In this document: one piece after another, positions 17,960 through 26,842 of the stretch | Position numbering within the stretch: position 1 is the stretch's first letter | Layout: the number at the start of each line of letters is the position of its first letter | DNA from: Polyangiales bacterium | Lineage (GTDB): Bacteria; Myxococcota_A; Polyangia; Polyangiales; Houyiibacteriaceae | NCBI GenBank assembly: GCA_045106895.1 | Contig: JBGCFM010000205.1 | Coordinates: 1-54,125 of the forward strand | Direction: 5' to 3' | DNA: 54,125 nucleotides | Made by a program: the position numbers and the translations under genes | The notes under the pieces: model-generated | The model's input: only the letters and a program-made list of their open reading frames with translations | Databases searched by the model: none | What the model was told of the DNA's origin: nothing

Positions 17960-19034
17960 ACCCGGGCTCTTCGCGGCGCAGGGGCCGTGGCTCTTTGGTC
18001 GGTCCACGGATCTATTCGCTTTTGGCGGGAGCGCCCTGCTCTCCTTTGCCATCCTCGGCATTGGGGTCGCGACAGGACTGCTCGAACGAGACATCCCGGA
18101 CTGGGTATTCTTCGCCTGCATCGTCGCCGTCGATGTCGCCCACGTGTGGTGCACGCTCTTTCGCGTGTACCTCGATGGGGCCGAGGTAAAACGACGCCCC
18201 CTGCTGTACTTGGGGCTCCCCGTCGCGCTCTACGCGCTCTCGGTTGTGTTTCACGCGGCAGGCTCCCTGGTCTTCTGGCGCGTGCTCGCTTACGTGGCCG
18301 TGTTTCATTTCATTCGGCAGCAGGTCGGCTGGATGCGCCTCTACAACGGCCGTGACCCGGCGGCCTCCACGCGGGAAAAGTCGCTCAACATCGCGGCCAT
18401 TTACCTAAGCACCCTCTACCCAGTCCTTTGGTGGCATGGCCACCTGCCGCGCTCGTTTCACTGGTTCCTCGAAGGTGACTTCGTCGTGGGCATGAGCGCT
18501 CAGCTCGCGCGCATCGTATTCCCGATCTACGTCGCCACCCTCGTCGCGTTCTTCGGCTGGCATGTGCGCCGCATATTCCAAGGTCGGGGGCAACCAGGGA
18601 TGGTCTTGCTCGTTCTAACCACGGCCGCGGCCTGGTACGTCGGCATCGTCGCCTTCAACAGCGACCTCGCCTTCACCGTGACGAACGTGTTGATCCACGG
18701 CGCGCCGTACTTTGTTCTTACCTTTCGTTACGCACGGAAGCGCTCCGCCGAAGATGCGCCTCTGCTGCGCCGTTTGGTCGGGCGCCAGGTTTGGGGCGCG
18801 GCCGCGGTGTTCGCTTTTACCGTGCTCCTACTCGCGTTTGGGGAAGAGTTCCTTTGGGACCGCTTGGTCTGGCACGAACACACCGACTGGTTCGGTGACT
18901 CGTCGGAGCTATCCTCGTTTGCCCTCGTGTTCATCGTCCCGCTGCTCTCGCTGCCACAGCTCACGCACTACGCCCTGGATGGTTTGGTGTGGCGCCGCCG
19001 AGACAATCCGACGCTCTCTTCGACGCAGCCTTAG
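17946..19034 (+). CDS. Multi-pass membrane protein with four His-containing motifs
   Basis: About 8-9 TM helices; DVAHVW, FHFIRQQ, IHGAPY, THYALDG. GTG start inferred, overlapping the upstream gene end. Confidence 0.8.
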   Translation: MAAAKPGLFAAQGPWLFGRSTDLFAFGGSALLSFAILGIGVATGLLERDIPDWVFFACIVAVDVAHVWCTLFRVYLDGAEVKRRPLLYLGLPVALYALSVVFHAAGSLVFWRVLAYVAVFHFIRQQVGWMRLYNGRDPAASTREKSLNIAAIYLSTLYPVLWWHGHLPRSFHWFLEGDFVVGMSAQLARIVFPIYVATLVAFFGWHVRRIFQGRGQPGMVLLVLTTAAAWYVGIVAFNSDLAFTVTNVLIHGAPYFVLTFRYARKRSAEDAPLLRRLVGRQVWGAAAVFAFTVLLLAFGEEFLWDRLVWHEHTDWFGDSSELSSFALVFIVPLLSLPQLTHYALDGLVWRRRDNPTLSSTQP

Positions 19035-19053
19035 TGGCTTGCTAGAACGCGGC

Positions 19054-22000
19054 GTGATCGAGCCAGGACTGACAGTAGAAGACCTTCTCAGCCGACTCCA
19101 GCAGCCGCGAATCGATGTTCGTGGTCTCCCGCAGGGAGCGCTGGCGAAGTGGCTTTGTAGCGCCCCAGCAGAGGAAAGGTGGGTCGTTCTCACAGCCGAT
19201 GCAGACAGCGCTGACCGCATGGCCAGCAACCTACGCTTCTTCTTGGGCGAGAACACCGGCGAAGGCGACGCCCAAGCCGTTGAACAGGTCCTCCTCTTTC
19301 CCGCCCTCGACGTGTCGCCGTTCCTCGCCGTCGCTCCGGACCGCCGTGCGTCGATGGACCGCCTCGCGACGCTCTTCCACTTGGGCAGCGAGCTGTCCTG
19401 GCGCTTTGTTGTCGCGCCAGTTCCGGCAGCTCTTCGCCGCGTGATGCCGCGGGAGAGCGTGGCACGCGGTAGCCAACTCATCGAGTTCGGCGAAGAGCTC
19501 GATCGAGAACGACTCATCACCGTTCTCGCCGAAGGAGGCTACGTTCGGGTCCCCGTGGCTGAGGACCCCGGGACCTTCGCCGTTCGCGGCGGCGTCCTCG
19601 ATGTCTTTCCGCCTCACGCGAGTTACCCCTCACGCGTGGAACTCGACGACGACACCGTCGCCTCCATCAAGGTCTTCGACCCCGACGACCAGCGCACCAT
19701 CCGCGAAGTCGAGCGTGTGTTCGTCCATCCCGCTCGAGACACGCTGCTCAGCGCCGACCCGAAGGAGACCATTTCCCGCGTTCGAGACCTCTGCGACGAC
19801 GCAAACTACCCCAGCTCGAAGACCCGAGCGTTACTCGACGACCTCGAGTCGGGTCGCTCGTTCTACGGTCTGGACGGCCTGCTCCCGGCGTTCCATTCCC
19901 ATCTCGAGACCCTCTTTGATTACTGCCCGGGTGCGCGCGTCGCCCTCGTGGATCCCCCGTCCATCACGCAGATAGCCGATCTGGAGCTCTCCCGCGCCAT
20001 CGAGGACCGGGAAGCCCGCGTCGAAGACGGTTCCCCGGCGTTTCCCGTCGACAGGCTCTACGCAGACGAAGGCGAACTTGCGCGCATCCTGAGCGAGCGC
20101 CAGCTCGTCGTCTCCCACAAGCTCGCGAGCGTCGGCCGCCCGATGCACGATGAATCTCTCCTCGCCCAGTTCGAACTGGTCGAAGACGGCGACTTCGCCG
20201 AAGCAGGCGCCGACGACCAAGGAGTCCTCGTCGCGGAACTCACAGCCAAGCGCGGCGCCGTGGACGACGACACGCTCAGGCCCGTTGCGCTTCGCGCCGC
20301 GGGATGGCTTGAGCGCGGTTTCCGTGTGCTGATGAACGCGAGGACGAGGACCCAGGCGGAGCGCCTCATCTCCCTCCTTCAGGGCTACGAGGTGCCCGTC
20401 GCGCGCGCACCGGAAGCCTATTCGCAGGCTCTGGACTCTGGCGTCAAAGGCGAGGTCCAGGTGGTCATCGGAGAGCTCCAAGACGGTTTCGTCTGGGGTG
20501 CAGAGGGCGTCGTCGTCGTGACCGAAGGTGAAATTTTCGGCACCCGTGTTCGCAAGAAGTCCACGACCCGAAAGCGGAAACGCAAAGCCGCCAAGGCCTT
20601 CCTCGAAGACCTCAAGGAGCTCCAGGTCGGCGACTACGTCGTGCACACAGACCACGGCGTAGGTCGATACCTCGGCATCGAACGGAAGAACCTGGGGCAG
20701 AGCGCGCTGGAGCGGCTTCAGGGCGTCGAAGTCGTCGGCGTCGAAGTCCTCGTCCTCGAGTACGTGGGAGGCGACCGCCTCTTTGTGCCGGTGACGCGCC
20801 TCGCGCAGATTCAGAAATTCGCCAGCAAAGATGCGAAGCCCAAGCTGGACCGGCTTGGCGGAAGCACCTTCGCGAAGAAGAAAGCGAAGGCCAAGAAGGC
20901 TGTTCGCAAGCTCGCGGACGACCTCTTGGTGCTCTATGCCGAGCGGGCCGCAGCCACGCGCCCTGCCCTCGAGCCCGCGGGGCGCTCTTTCGCGCAGTTT
21001 GAGGCGACCTTTCCCTTCGATGAGACACCGGACCAGGCGCGCGCCATCGAGGACGTGCTTCAAGACCTCGAGAACCCACGCCCGATGGACCGTCTGGTCT
21101 GTGGCGACGTTGGCTTCGGCAAAACCGAGGTCGCCCTCCGAGGCGCCTTCCGCATGGCCATGTCTGGACGCCAGGTCGCCCTCCTCTGCCCAACGACGGT
21201 GCTCGCGCAGCAGCACTTTCGAACCTTCGCGGCGCGGCTCCAGGACTACCCGCTGAAGATCGGGCAGCTCTCGCGATTCGTTGGCAAAGAAGAGTCCGCA
21301 AAGGTCCTGTCGGGGATCAAAGATGGCACCGTGGACATCTGCGTTGGTACCCATCGCCTCCTGAGCAAAGACGTCCACTTCGGTGACCTCGGGCTCCTTG
21401 TCATCGACGAAGAGCAGCGTTTTGGTGTCGCCCACAAGGAGCGTATCAAGAAGCTCAAGAAGTCCGTCGATGTGCTGACTCTCTCGGCGACCCCGATTCC
21501 AAGAACGCTCCAGCTCGCGATTGGCGGCATGCGCGACCTCTCCCTCATTACGACGGCGCCGACGGACCGACGCGCCGTGCGGACCTTCGCTTGCCGTTGG
21601 GACGACCACACCATCCGCGAGGCGATTCTTCGTGAGACCTCTCGCGGCGGACAGGTCTTCTTCGTCTACAACCGGATTGAAGGTCTCTACGAGCGAGCCC
21701 AGCGACTCCAAACCATCATGCCGGACCTCCGAATCGCCGTGGCCCACGGTCAGATGAAGGAAGGCGAGCTTGAGCGGACGATGACTGACTTCATCGACGG
21801 CGAGTACGACGTTCTCTGTTCAACGGCGATCATTGAGAGCGGTATCGATATTCCTCGCGCGAACACGATGCTCATCGACCGAGCCGATATGTTTGGCCTC
21901 TCTCAGCTCTATCAGCTTCGCGGCCGTGTCGGTCGATCCCGTGAACGTGCCTATTGCTACCTCATCACCCCACCGCCGAGCACGCTCAGCGACGAAGCTC

Positions 22001-22656
22001 GGCATCGCATCGAGGCACTCGAGCGCTTTACGGAGCTGGGCAGCGGCTTTCAGGTCGCAAGTCTCGACATGGAATTGCGCGGAGTCGGCGACCTTCTCGG
22101 CGCGGAGCAGTCGGGGAGCGTCAGCCAGATCGGCTTCGACCTCTTCTGTCAGATGCTCGAAGACGCCGTGGCGCAGCTTCGCGGCGAGGAGGTCACTCAA
22201 GACATCGACCCGGAGCTCACGCTCTCGACGGAACACTATCTCCCGGACACGTACATCGAAGATGTCGGTCTTCGGCTGAGCTTCTACAAGCGCCTCTCCA
22301 CCGCCGAGGACGAAGACTCCATCGGAGACATCGGTGGAGAAATGGAAGACCGCTTCGGCCCTCCGCCTCCAGTCGCTGTGGATTTCGTTCGCGCCATGCA
22401 GCTTCGTCCAATGCTTCGGCAATACTGTGCGCTCGGCTGCGAGGCGTCCGACTCCCGCGTCACACTTCATTTGCGCGAGGACACGCCCTTGGACCCGTCG
22501 AAGATCATCGCTCTTGTAGGCGAGCCTCAGAGTCCTTGGAAGCTTACGCCGGACATGCGGCTCACGCGCCGCTTCGACGCCAACGAAGGCGGTGACGCCA
22601 TCGACCGAGTTCGCGCGCTCTTTCGTTTGCTGCGCCCCCTTCAGCGCGGGGTCTAA
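19054..22656 (+). CDS. mfd: Transcription-repair coupling factor
   Basis: UvrB-like module (PGTFAVRGGVLDVFP), CarD/RID (GDYVVHTDHGVGRY), CGDVGFGKT, DEEQRFGV, SATPIPRT, QLRGRVGR, TRCF C-terminus. GTG start inferred at 19054. Confidence 0.97.
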   Translation: MIEPGLTVEDLLSRLQQPRIDVRGLPQGALAKWLCSAPAEERWVVLTADADSADRMASNLRFFLGENTGEGDAQAVEQVLLFPALDVSPFLAVAPDRRASMDRLATLFHLGSELSWRFVVAPVPAALRRVMPRESVARGSQLIEFGEELDRERLITVLAEGGYVRVPVAEDPGTFAVRGGVLDVFPPHASYPSRVELDDDTVASIKVFDPDDQRTIREVERVFVHPARDTLLSADPKETISRVRDLCDDANYPSSKTRALLDDLESGRSFYGLDGLLPAFHSHLETLFDYCPGARVALVDPPSITQIADLELSRAIEDREARVEDGSPAFPVDRLYADEGELARILSERQLVVSHKLASVGRPMHDESLLAQFELVEDGDFAEAGADDQGVLVAELTAKRGAVDDDTLRPVALRAAGWLERGFRVLMNARTRTQAERLISLLQGYEVPVARAPEAYSQALDSGVKGEVQVVIGELQDGFVWGAEGVVVVTEGEIFGTRVRKKSTTRKRKRKAAKAFLEDLKELQVGDYVVHTDHGVGRYLGIERKNLGQSALERLQGVEVVGVEVLVLEYVGGDRLFVPVTRLAQIQKFASKDAKPKLDRLGGSTFAKKKAKAKKAVRKLADDLLVLYAERAAATRPALEPAGRSFAQFEATFPFDETPDQARAIEDVLQDLENPRPMDRLVCGDVGFGKTEVALRGAFRMAMSGRQVALLCPTTVLAQQHFRTFAARLQDYPLKIGQLSRFVGKEESAKVLSGIKDGTVDICVGTHRLLSKDVHFGDLGLLVIDEEQRFGVAHKERIKKLKKSVDVLTLSATPIPRTLQLAIGGMRDLSLITTAPTDRRAVRTFACRWDDHTIREAILRETSRGGQVFFVYNRIEGLYERAQRLQTIMPDLRIAVAHGQMKEGELERTMTDFIDGEYDVLCSTAIIESGIDIPRANTMLIDRADMFGLSQLYQLRGRVGRSRERAYCYLITPPPSTLSDEARHRIEALERFTELGSGFQVASLDMELRGVGDLLGAEQSGSVSQIGFDLFCQMLEDAVAQLRGEEVTQDIDPELTLSTEHYLPDTYIEDVGLRLSFYKRLSTAEDEDSIGDIGGEMEDRFGPPPPVAVDFVRAMQLRPMLRQYCALGCEASDSRVTLHLREDTPLDPSKIIALVGEPQSPWKLTPDMRLTRRFDANEGGDAIDRVRALFRLLRPLQRGV

Positions 22657-22666
22657 GCGGCTCGCG

Positions 22667-23482
22667 CTAGCTCAACGTCAGTACGTTCAGCTGTACAGGT
22701 AGAGCGAGGGGCCCGCCGCAGGTGTACACGGCGAGGCGCTCGACGGCGGCGCGCAATCGGGCCTCCGCCACCTTCTCATCCGAAGACGCGAGCCGAAGAA
22801 GTCCCGGCCAGAAGGTTGAGCGCGCGAGGGGGTCGTCGGGGATCTCCCGCGCGGAACGATACGGCAAGCGGAACGACTCTGGGCGACACTGAATGGTCTC
22901 AAAGCCCGCCGCCCGCGCTCCTTTCGTCCATTGGGCGAAGGTGGTCTCCGGGTGAGTCTGCAGGCGAATCCGCAGTTCGGTGTCTCCCTCAAAGCGAGCG
23001 ACCTCGTCCAGCATCTCGAGGAGAGGTTGAATGCTCCGAGCGGCCGCGACGGAGAGAAGCACGCGACCACGATGCAGGCATACAACCCGACGCAGTTCGC
23101 TCAGAAGGCCGCCGAGGCAGTCGAGCGGTGTGTCGGCGATGACCCCAACGGCGAGGTCAAAAGCCTCCTTGCCAAACGAGAGCGACGAGGAGTCTTCGCG
23201 CTTAAAGAAGACACGCTGTTCGGCGTGAGCGACGCGTCGCGCGTAGTCGATGAGACCGTCGTCGTTGTCGACGGCCACGACACGCCCGCCGCCAAGCTGT
23301 GCGTGGAGCTTACGCGCCAGACTGCCGGTGTGGCACTGCACGTTGAGCACCACTTCGCCGCTTCCGGGCGTGACCGCGTCGAGAAGGGGCTGCGCAAAAT
23401 GAGCGTAGTAGCCCGGGCCCACCACGTTTGCCGCGAGGCGAACCTCCTCAGCGCCACTGCATCGAAAGCGGCCTCCCTTCAC
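22667..23482 (-). CDS. Class I SAM-dependent methyltransferase-fold protein with a degenerate motif I
   Basis: VVLNVQCHTGSL, RVVAVD, LSFGKEAFDLAV, LSELRRV...GRVLL. GTGA overlap with the upstream HEAT gene. Confidence 0.7.
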   Translation of the reverse strand: MKGGRFRCSGAEEVRLAANVVGPGYYAHFAQPLLDAVTPGSGEVVLNVQCHTGSLARKLHAQLGGGRVVAVDNDDGLIDYARRVAHAEQRVFFKREDSSSLSFGKEAFDLAVGVIADTPLDCLGGLLSELRRVVCLHRGRVLLSVAAARSIQPLLEMLDEVARFEGDTELRIRLQTHPETTFAQWTKGARAAGFETIQCRPESFRLPYRSAREIPDDPLARSTFWPGLLRLASSDEKVAEARLRAAVERLAVYTCGGPLALPVQLNVLTLS

Positions 23483-24111
23483 AGGTCCTCGAGGCTCTCC
23501 AAGGCGGCGACGGCTTCGTTCGCCAGCTCGCCCAAGGTCGCCGTCGTCTCGTCTTCGAAGTCGACCATCGTGACGACGCGCTCATCCGAGCCGAGCTCGC
23601 GAAGCGCGTCCAACATCTCACCGTCGAGGAGCTCAACGGAGGCTTCGATGGCCGAAGCCACGACCTCAGGGCTCTCGCTCTTCAGGAATCGTTTGAGCTG
23701 CTTCACGGCGCCGGGTTCGCCGACCTCCGCCAAGAGGAAGGGAAGTTCGCACATCGCAGGGCCGGTGCGTTTCTCGTCCAAGGCGCGGTCGATGGCTCGC
23801 GCGACCTCGGCGTAGTAGTCGTAGGCAACGTCGAGAAGTGCTTCGCCCGCCGCATGACGTACCGTAGGCTCTTCGTGGTCCAAGATGCTGACCAGCGCGT
23901 CGGCCATGAGCGGTCCAGGCACCTGGGAGCAGAGGTCGGCGAGGCGCTCGAGACGCATCGCGCCGGACTCCGAGGAATCTCCACGAGCTGTCTCCACGGC
24001 TTTCGCAAGGAGTCGCGTCAACGCTTCCGGGTCCTTGTCGAGAAGTTCGCGCTCCGCGGCTCGGAGTGCTCGGTCGGCTTCGAAGATTTGATTCAACAAT
24101 ACGCTGGGCAT
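23479..24111 (-). CDS. HEAT-repeat protein
   Basis: LDHEEPTVRHAAGEAL, LKSESPEVVASAIEA, LRELGSDER; all-helical and acidic. Confidence 0.8.
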   Translation of the reverse strand: MPSVLLNQIFEADRALRAAERELLDKDPEALTRLLAKAVETARGDSSESGAMRLERLADLCSQVPGPLMADALVSILDHEEPTVRHAAGEALLDVAYDYYAEVARAIDRALDEKRTGPAMCELPFLLAEVGEPGAVKQLKRFLKSESPEVVASAIEASVELLDGEMLDALRELGSDERVVTMVDFEDETTATLGELANEAVAALESLEDL

Positions 24112-24116
24112 ATGTG

Positions 24117-24145
24117 TGAGTACGTTCCGGTAGCGATACCGTCAA
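24117..24145 (-). promoter_or_regulatory. Putative sigma70-type promoter of the HEAT-methyltransferase pair (leaderless)
   Basis: TTGACG-N17-TACTCA, 5 nt before ATG 24111. No SD. Confidence 0.5.
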
Positions 24146-24199
24146 CTGTCTTCGAAGCCGCATTTGGCTTCGTCCAAAGCGTCTCAAAAAGAAATGTTA

Positions 24200-24212
24200 A
24201 ATCAGGGACTTA
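24200..24212 (+). promoter_or_regulatory. Candidate IHF-binding site
   Basis: AATCAGGGACTTA matches WATCARNNNNTTR exactly and is preceded by the A-rich tract 24186-24194. Confidence 0.4.
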
Positions 24213-25490
24213 GCCGTCGACCACGGGACAGCCCGTCCCGTCGATGGCCGGAATCACGATCTCGACAAGCGTCTCTCGCAATCGGGTGACGCCGTCTCCT
24301 CGCAGCACAATGGTCAGGAAATAGCTGACCGGAACGGGTCCAGGCTCGAAACGTGTGTTGTCCAGGATGAAGCGAAACGCCACTTCTGTGCCCGGCTGAA
24401 CGTCCACGTAGCGGTCTCCAAGGTCGGACGCGCCGTCCCTTGGGCGTGCTCCGAGGGTCTCCACGCCCACAACAAACTCCGTGGCATCGACGCCATCGAA
24501 AGGAGCGTCTTCCACCACGGCGTCCACGTCCAAGAGCACGTCTTGGACGAGCGTACGTACGACGTCGATGACGCCTTCGCCCAGGTCTTCGCCCAACTGA
24601 CCGATGTCGAAGACAATGGGCTGCCCGTCCGGGGTAACGGCCCCGGTGTCGGTGGCGATGGAACGAAGGTCACGAAGCGCGTCTCCCCCGAACCCACCAC
24701 TGTAGAGTCCGAGGACGCGGGCGCCGATGGTGCGCAACGCTCCCACTGTCTGTTCGTAGGTAGCCGGCGGAGGGCGCAGCGAACCGGGCGCATACATCTG
24801 GCTGCCTCCGGGACCATTGTGGAACTCTGCGTCGGTGAAGAGCAAAATGATCCGAGAGCCATTCTCGCGAAAGCACGGGTAGCCAACCTCACCGTTGGCG
24901 CACATCGCCGGCGGCAGCTCTCCGGGAATCCCTCTGCCGGTGGCGGCTTGCCACAGCGCCTCCACGTGACTCTCAGGGGGGTCGCCGCCGCTGCGCTCCG
25001 CGAGGCGCCCTACCCCTCGTTGGACCGCTCCGATATCCGTGGTGCTGGGTTGGCGAATGCGGAAGGGCTCGTCCGTTTCGGCGCCATAGGGCAGCACTGG
25101 GAAGTCTGCGAACTCCGCCACGCTCAACGAGACATCTGGAATCTCGGCGATCAGCCCAGGCACGATGACTTCCCGGAGCGATGCCTGAATCTGGCGAATC
25201 TCATCCAACATGCTTCCGGTGACATCCACGAGGAAGAGCACGTCAGCGCTCGCGATGCGCGCGACAAAACGCGAATCAACGAACGTCGGGGGGGCCGGCA
25301 GCGGGAGCTCCACACAGATATCAGGCCGAGGCGGAGGCACGCTGCTGTCGCGAACCGCCGGCACGTCGATAGGAACATCCGCTGAGGCGTCCAGTTCCGG
25401 TCCCGCGTCGAAGCTGGGAACGATGAACTCGGTTTTCGAACCACAGGCGGCCAAGACGACGAGGGCGAAGGCTGAGCAGGGGAAGCGCAT
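24210..25490 (-). CDS. vWA (integrin betaI-like) domain lipoprotein, paralog 3
   Basis: Lipobox VLAA-C, DVLFLVDVTGSMLDEI, FADFPVLPY, GGDPPES, LLFTDAEFH. Confidence 0.88.
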   Translation of the reverse strand: MRFPCSAFALVVLAACGSKTEFIVPSFDAGPELDASADVPIDVPAVRDSSVPPPRPDICVELPLPAPPTFVDSRFVARIASADVLFLVDVTGSMLDEIRQIQASLREVIVPGLIAEIPDVSLSVAEFADFPVLPYGAETDEPFRIRQPSTTDIGAVQRGVGRLAERSGGDPPESHVEALWQAATGRGIPGELPPAMCANGEVGYPCFRENGSRIILLFTDAEFHNGPGGSQMYAPGSLRPPPATYEQTVGALRTIGARVLGLYSGGFGGDALRDLRSIATDTGAVTPDGQPIVFDIGQLGEDLGEGVIDVVRTLVQDVLLDVDAVVEDAPFDGVDATEFVVGVETLGARPRDGASDLGDRYVDVQPGTEVAFRFILDNTRFEPGPVPVSYFLTIVLRGDGVTRLRETLVEIVIPAIDGTGCPVVDG

Positions 25491-25540
25491 TGGTGTCCGT
25501 GGGTGCAAGAACGGAGCCACTCGGCGCAGGCAAAACCAGA

Positions 25541-26842
25541 CTAAGGCGTGTCGCAGGAGCCGCCGTCTTCGCCCGGGACAACGAGGAGGATTTCTCGCCG
25601 ATCAAGGCGACTCCGCCCGAATGCGCGAAAGAGCACCCGCGCCGGAATGCGGAGTGTTTCGGCACGAAGCGGCACGCTCGCGGCGTCGACCTGGACGCGG
25701 AACGTCACACTTGTGCCAGGCACCACACCCAAGAAACTATCCGCCGTGATCTCCCGGACGCCGGAGCTCGGTGTCGCTTCCAAGGGCGCAATGGACTCGA
25801 CCAGGGTCCGCGCATCAAACTCATCACCGGGAACGTCTTCGATGACGGCGTCGACGTCGAGGAGTGTTCCTTCCGCGAGACGAGCGATGGCATTGACGAT
25901 GCCTTCCCCGACGCCCGCCCCATCGCCGCCGATGTCGATGGCCAAAAGCTCACCGTTCGCGATGGCACCGGTGGCTTGAGCCATGGCTCTCAAGTGTGGC
26001 ATGGGCGACGCCGACAGAGCGTCACGAGCACCGAGGCCGATGACAAAGATGCCGAGGTCATTCGCGGCGTCCACCGCCTCCTGAAACGTATGAGGCCCAC
26101 GATTTGCGCCGACAAAATCGTAGTCCGTCTGCGGCCGAATCCCTCGCGGCCCGTTGTTCATCGGCGCGTCGGTGATCAACAACACCACCGGTAAGGCGTC
26201 CCGCCGAAAGCACGCGCCACCACGGCCACCCCGCGGGCAGCCGCTCGAAGGTTCGATCCACGGCAACAGACCTGCGCCCGTCGCCACTTGAAAGAGACCC
26301 TCCACCTGCGCCTCGGGTTCATCGAAGTTGCCCCAGGTCGGGAATCGTTCGAGGGCCGCCTCCACGCTGATAAGCTCGTCCGTCACCTGCTGACGCATGT
26401 CGTAGGGGCTAACTTCGGGCGGGCCGAAGCCGCTCACGGGGAACTCGCCGACGAGGGCGACGCCAAACTGAGCCTCGGGGATTCGTGCGCGCACCCCGGG
26501 AACAACGTCGGAGCGGAGGCGCTCACGAATCGTGTCGATCTCGTCTTCCATGCTCGCCGTCGCGTCGATGAGAAAGAATACGTCCGCGACACGGAGGGCA
26601 ACGGGGAGCACGAAGGCGATGTCCACAGGTCCGGCCTCGCGGGGAACCTCGAAGCAAGGGATCGGTACATCCGGCGGAACATCGGGTGTGTCCATCCCAG
26701 CGTCGCGGATGTCCGGCCCTCCCCCGTCGTCGTAGTAGAGGCCGGTCTTGGCGCCGCACCCGATGAGTAGGCCGCACATCGCGAACATCAGCCCGCTTCG
26801 AAGGCGATAGGACGTTTGGGGACGACGCCTAGAGTGCTTCAC
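25541..26842 (-). CDS. vWA (integrin betaI-like) domain lipoprotein, paralog 2
   Basis: Lipobox LLIG-C, DVFFLIDATASMEDEI, VGEFPV, GNFDEPEA, LLITDAPMN. Start 26842 or 26788. Confidence 0.88.
   Translation of the reverse strand: MKHSRRRPQTSYRLRSGLMFAMCGLLIGCGAKTGLYYDDGGGPDIRDAGMDTPDVPPDVPIPCFEVPREAGPVDIAFVLPVALRVADVFFLIDATASMEDEIDTIRERLRSDVVPGVRARIPEAQFGVALVGEFPVSGFGPPEVSPYDMRQQVTDELISVEAALERFPTWGNFDEPEAQVEGLFQVATGAGLLPWIEPSSGCPRGGRGGACFRRDALPVVLLITDAPMNNGPRGIRPQTDYDFVGANRGPHTFQEAVDAANDLGIFVIGLGARDALSASPMPHLRAMAQATGAIANGELLAIDIGGDGAGVGEGIVNAIARLAEGTLLDVDAVIEDVPGDEFDARTLVESIAPLEATPSSGVREITADSFLGVVPGTSVTFRVQVDAASVPLRAETLRIPARVLFRAFGRSRLDRREILLVVPGEDGGSCDTP

Noticed and set aside
18712..19053. 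N-terminal extension of Mfd in the ORF track
   Set aside because: Overlaps the upstream membrane-protein gene in another frame; Mfd-like sequence starts near GTG 19054.
19831..21747. 638-aa antisense ORF inside mfd (likewise 36295..38529 in infB, 12425..14125, 50019..51851, 48690..50000, 14700..15866)
   Set aside because: Shadow ORFs expected opposite well-conserved genes in high-GC DNA; no recognisable motifs.
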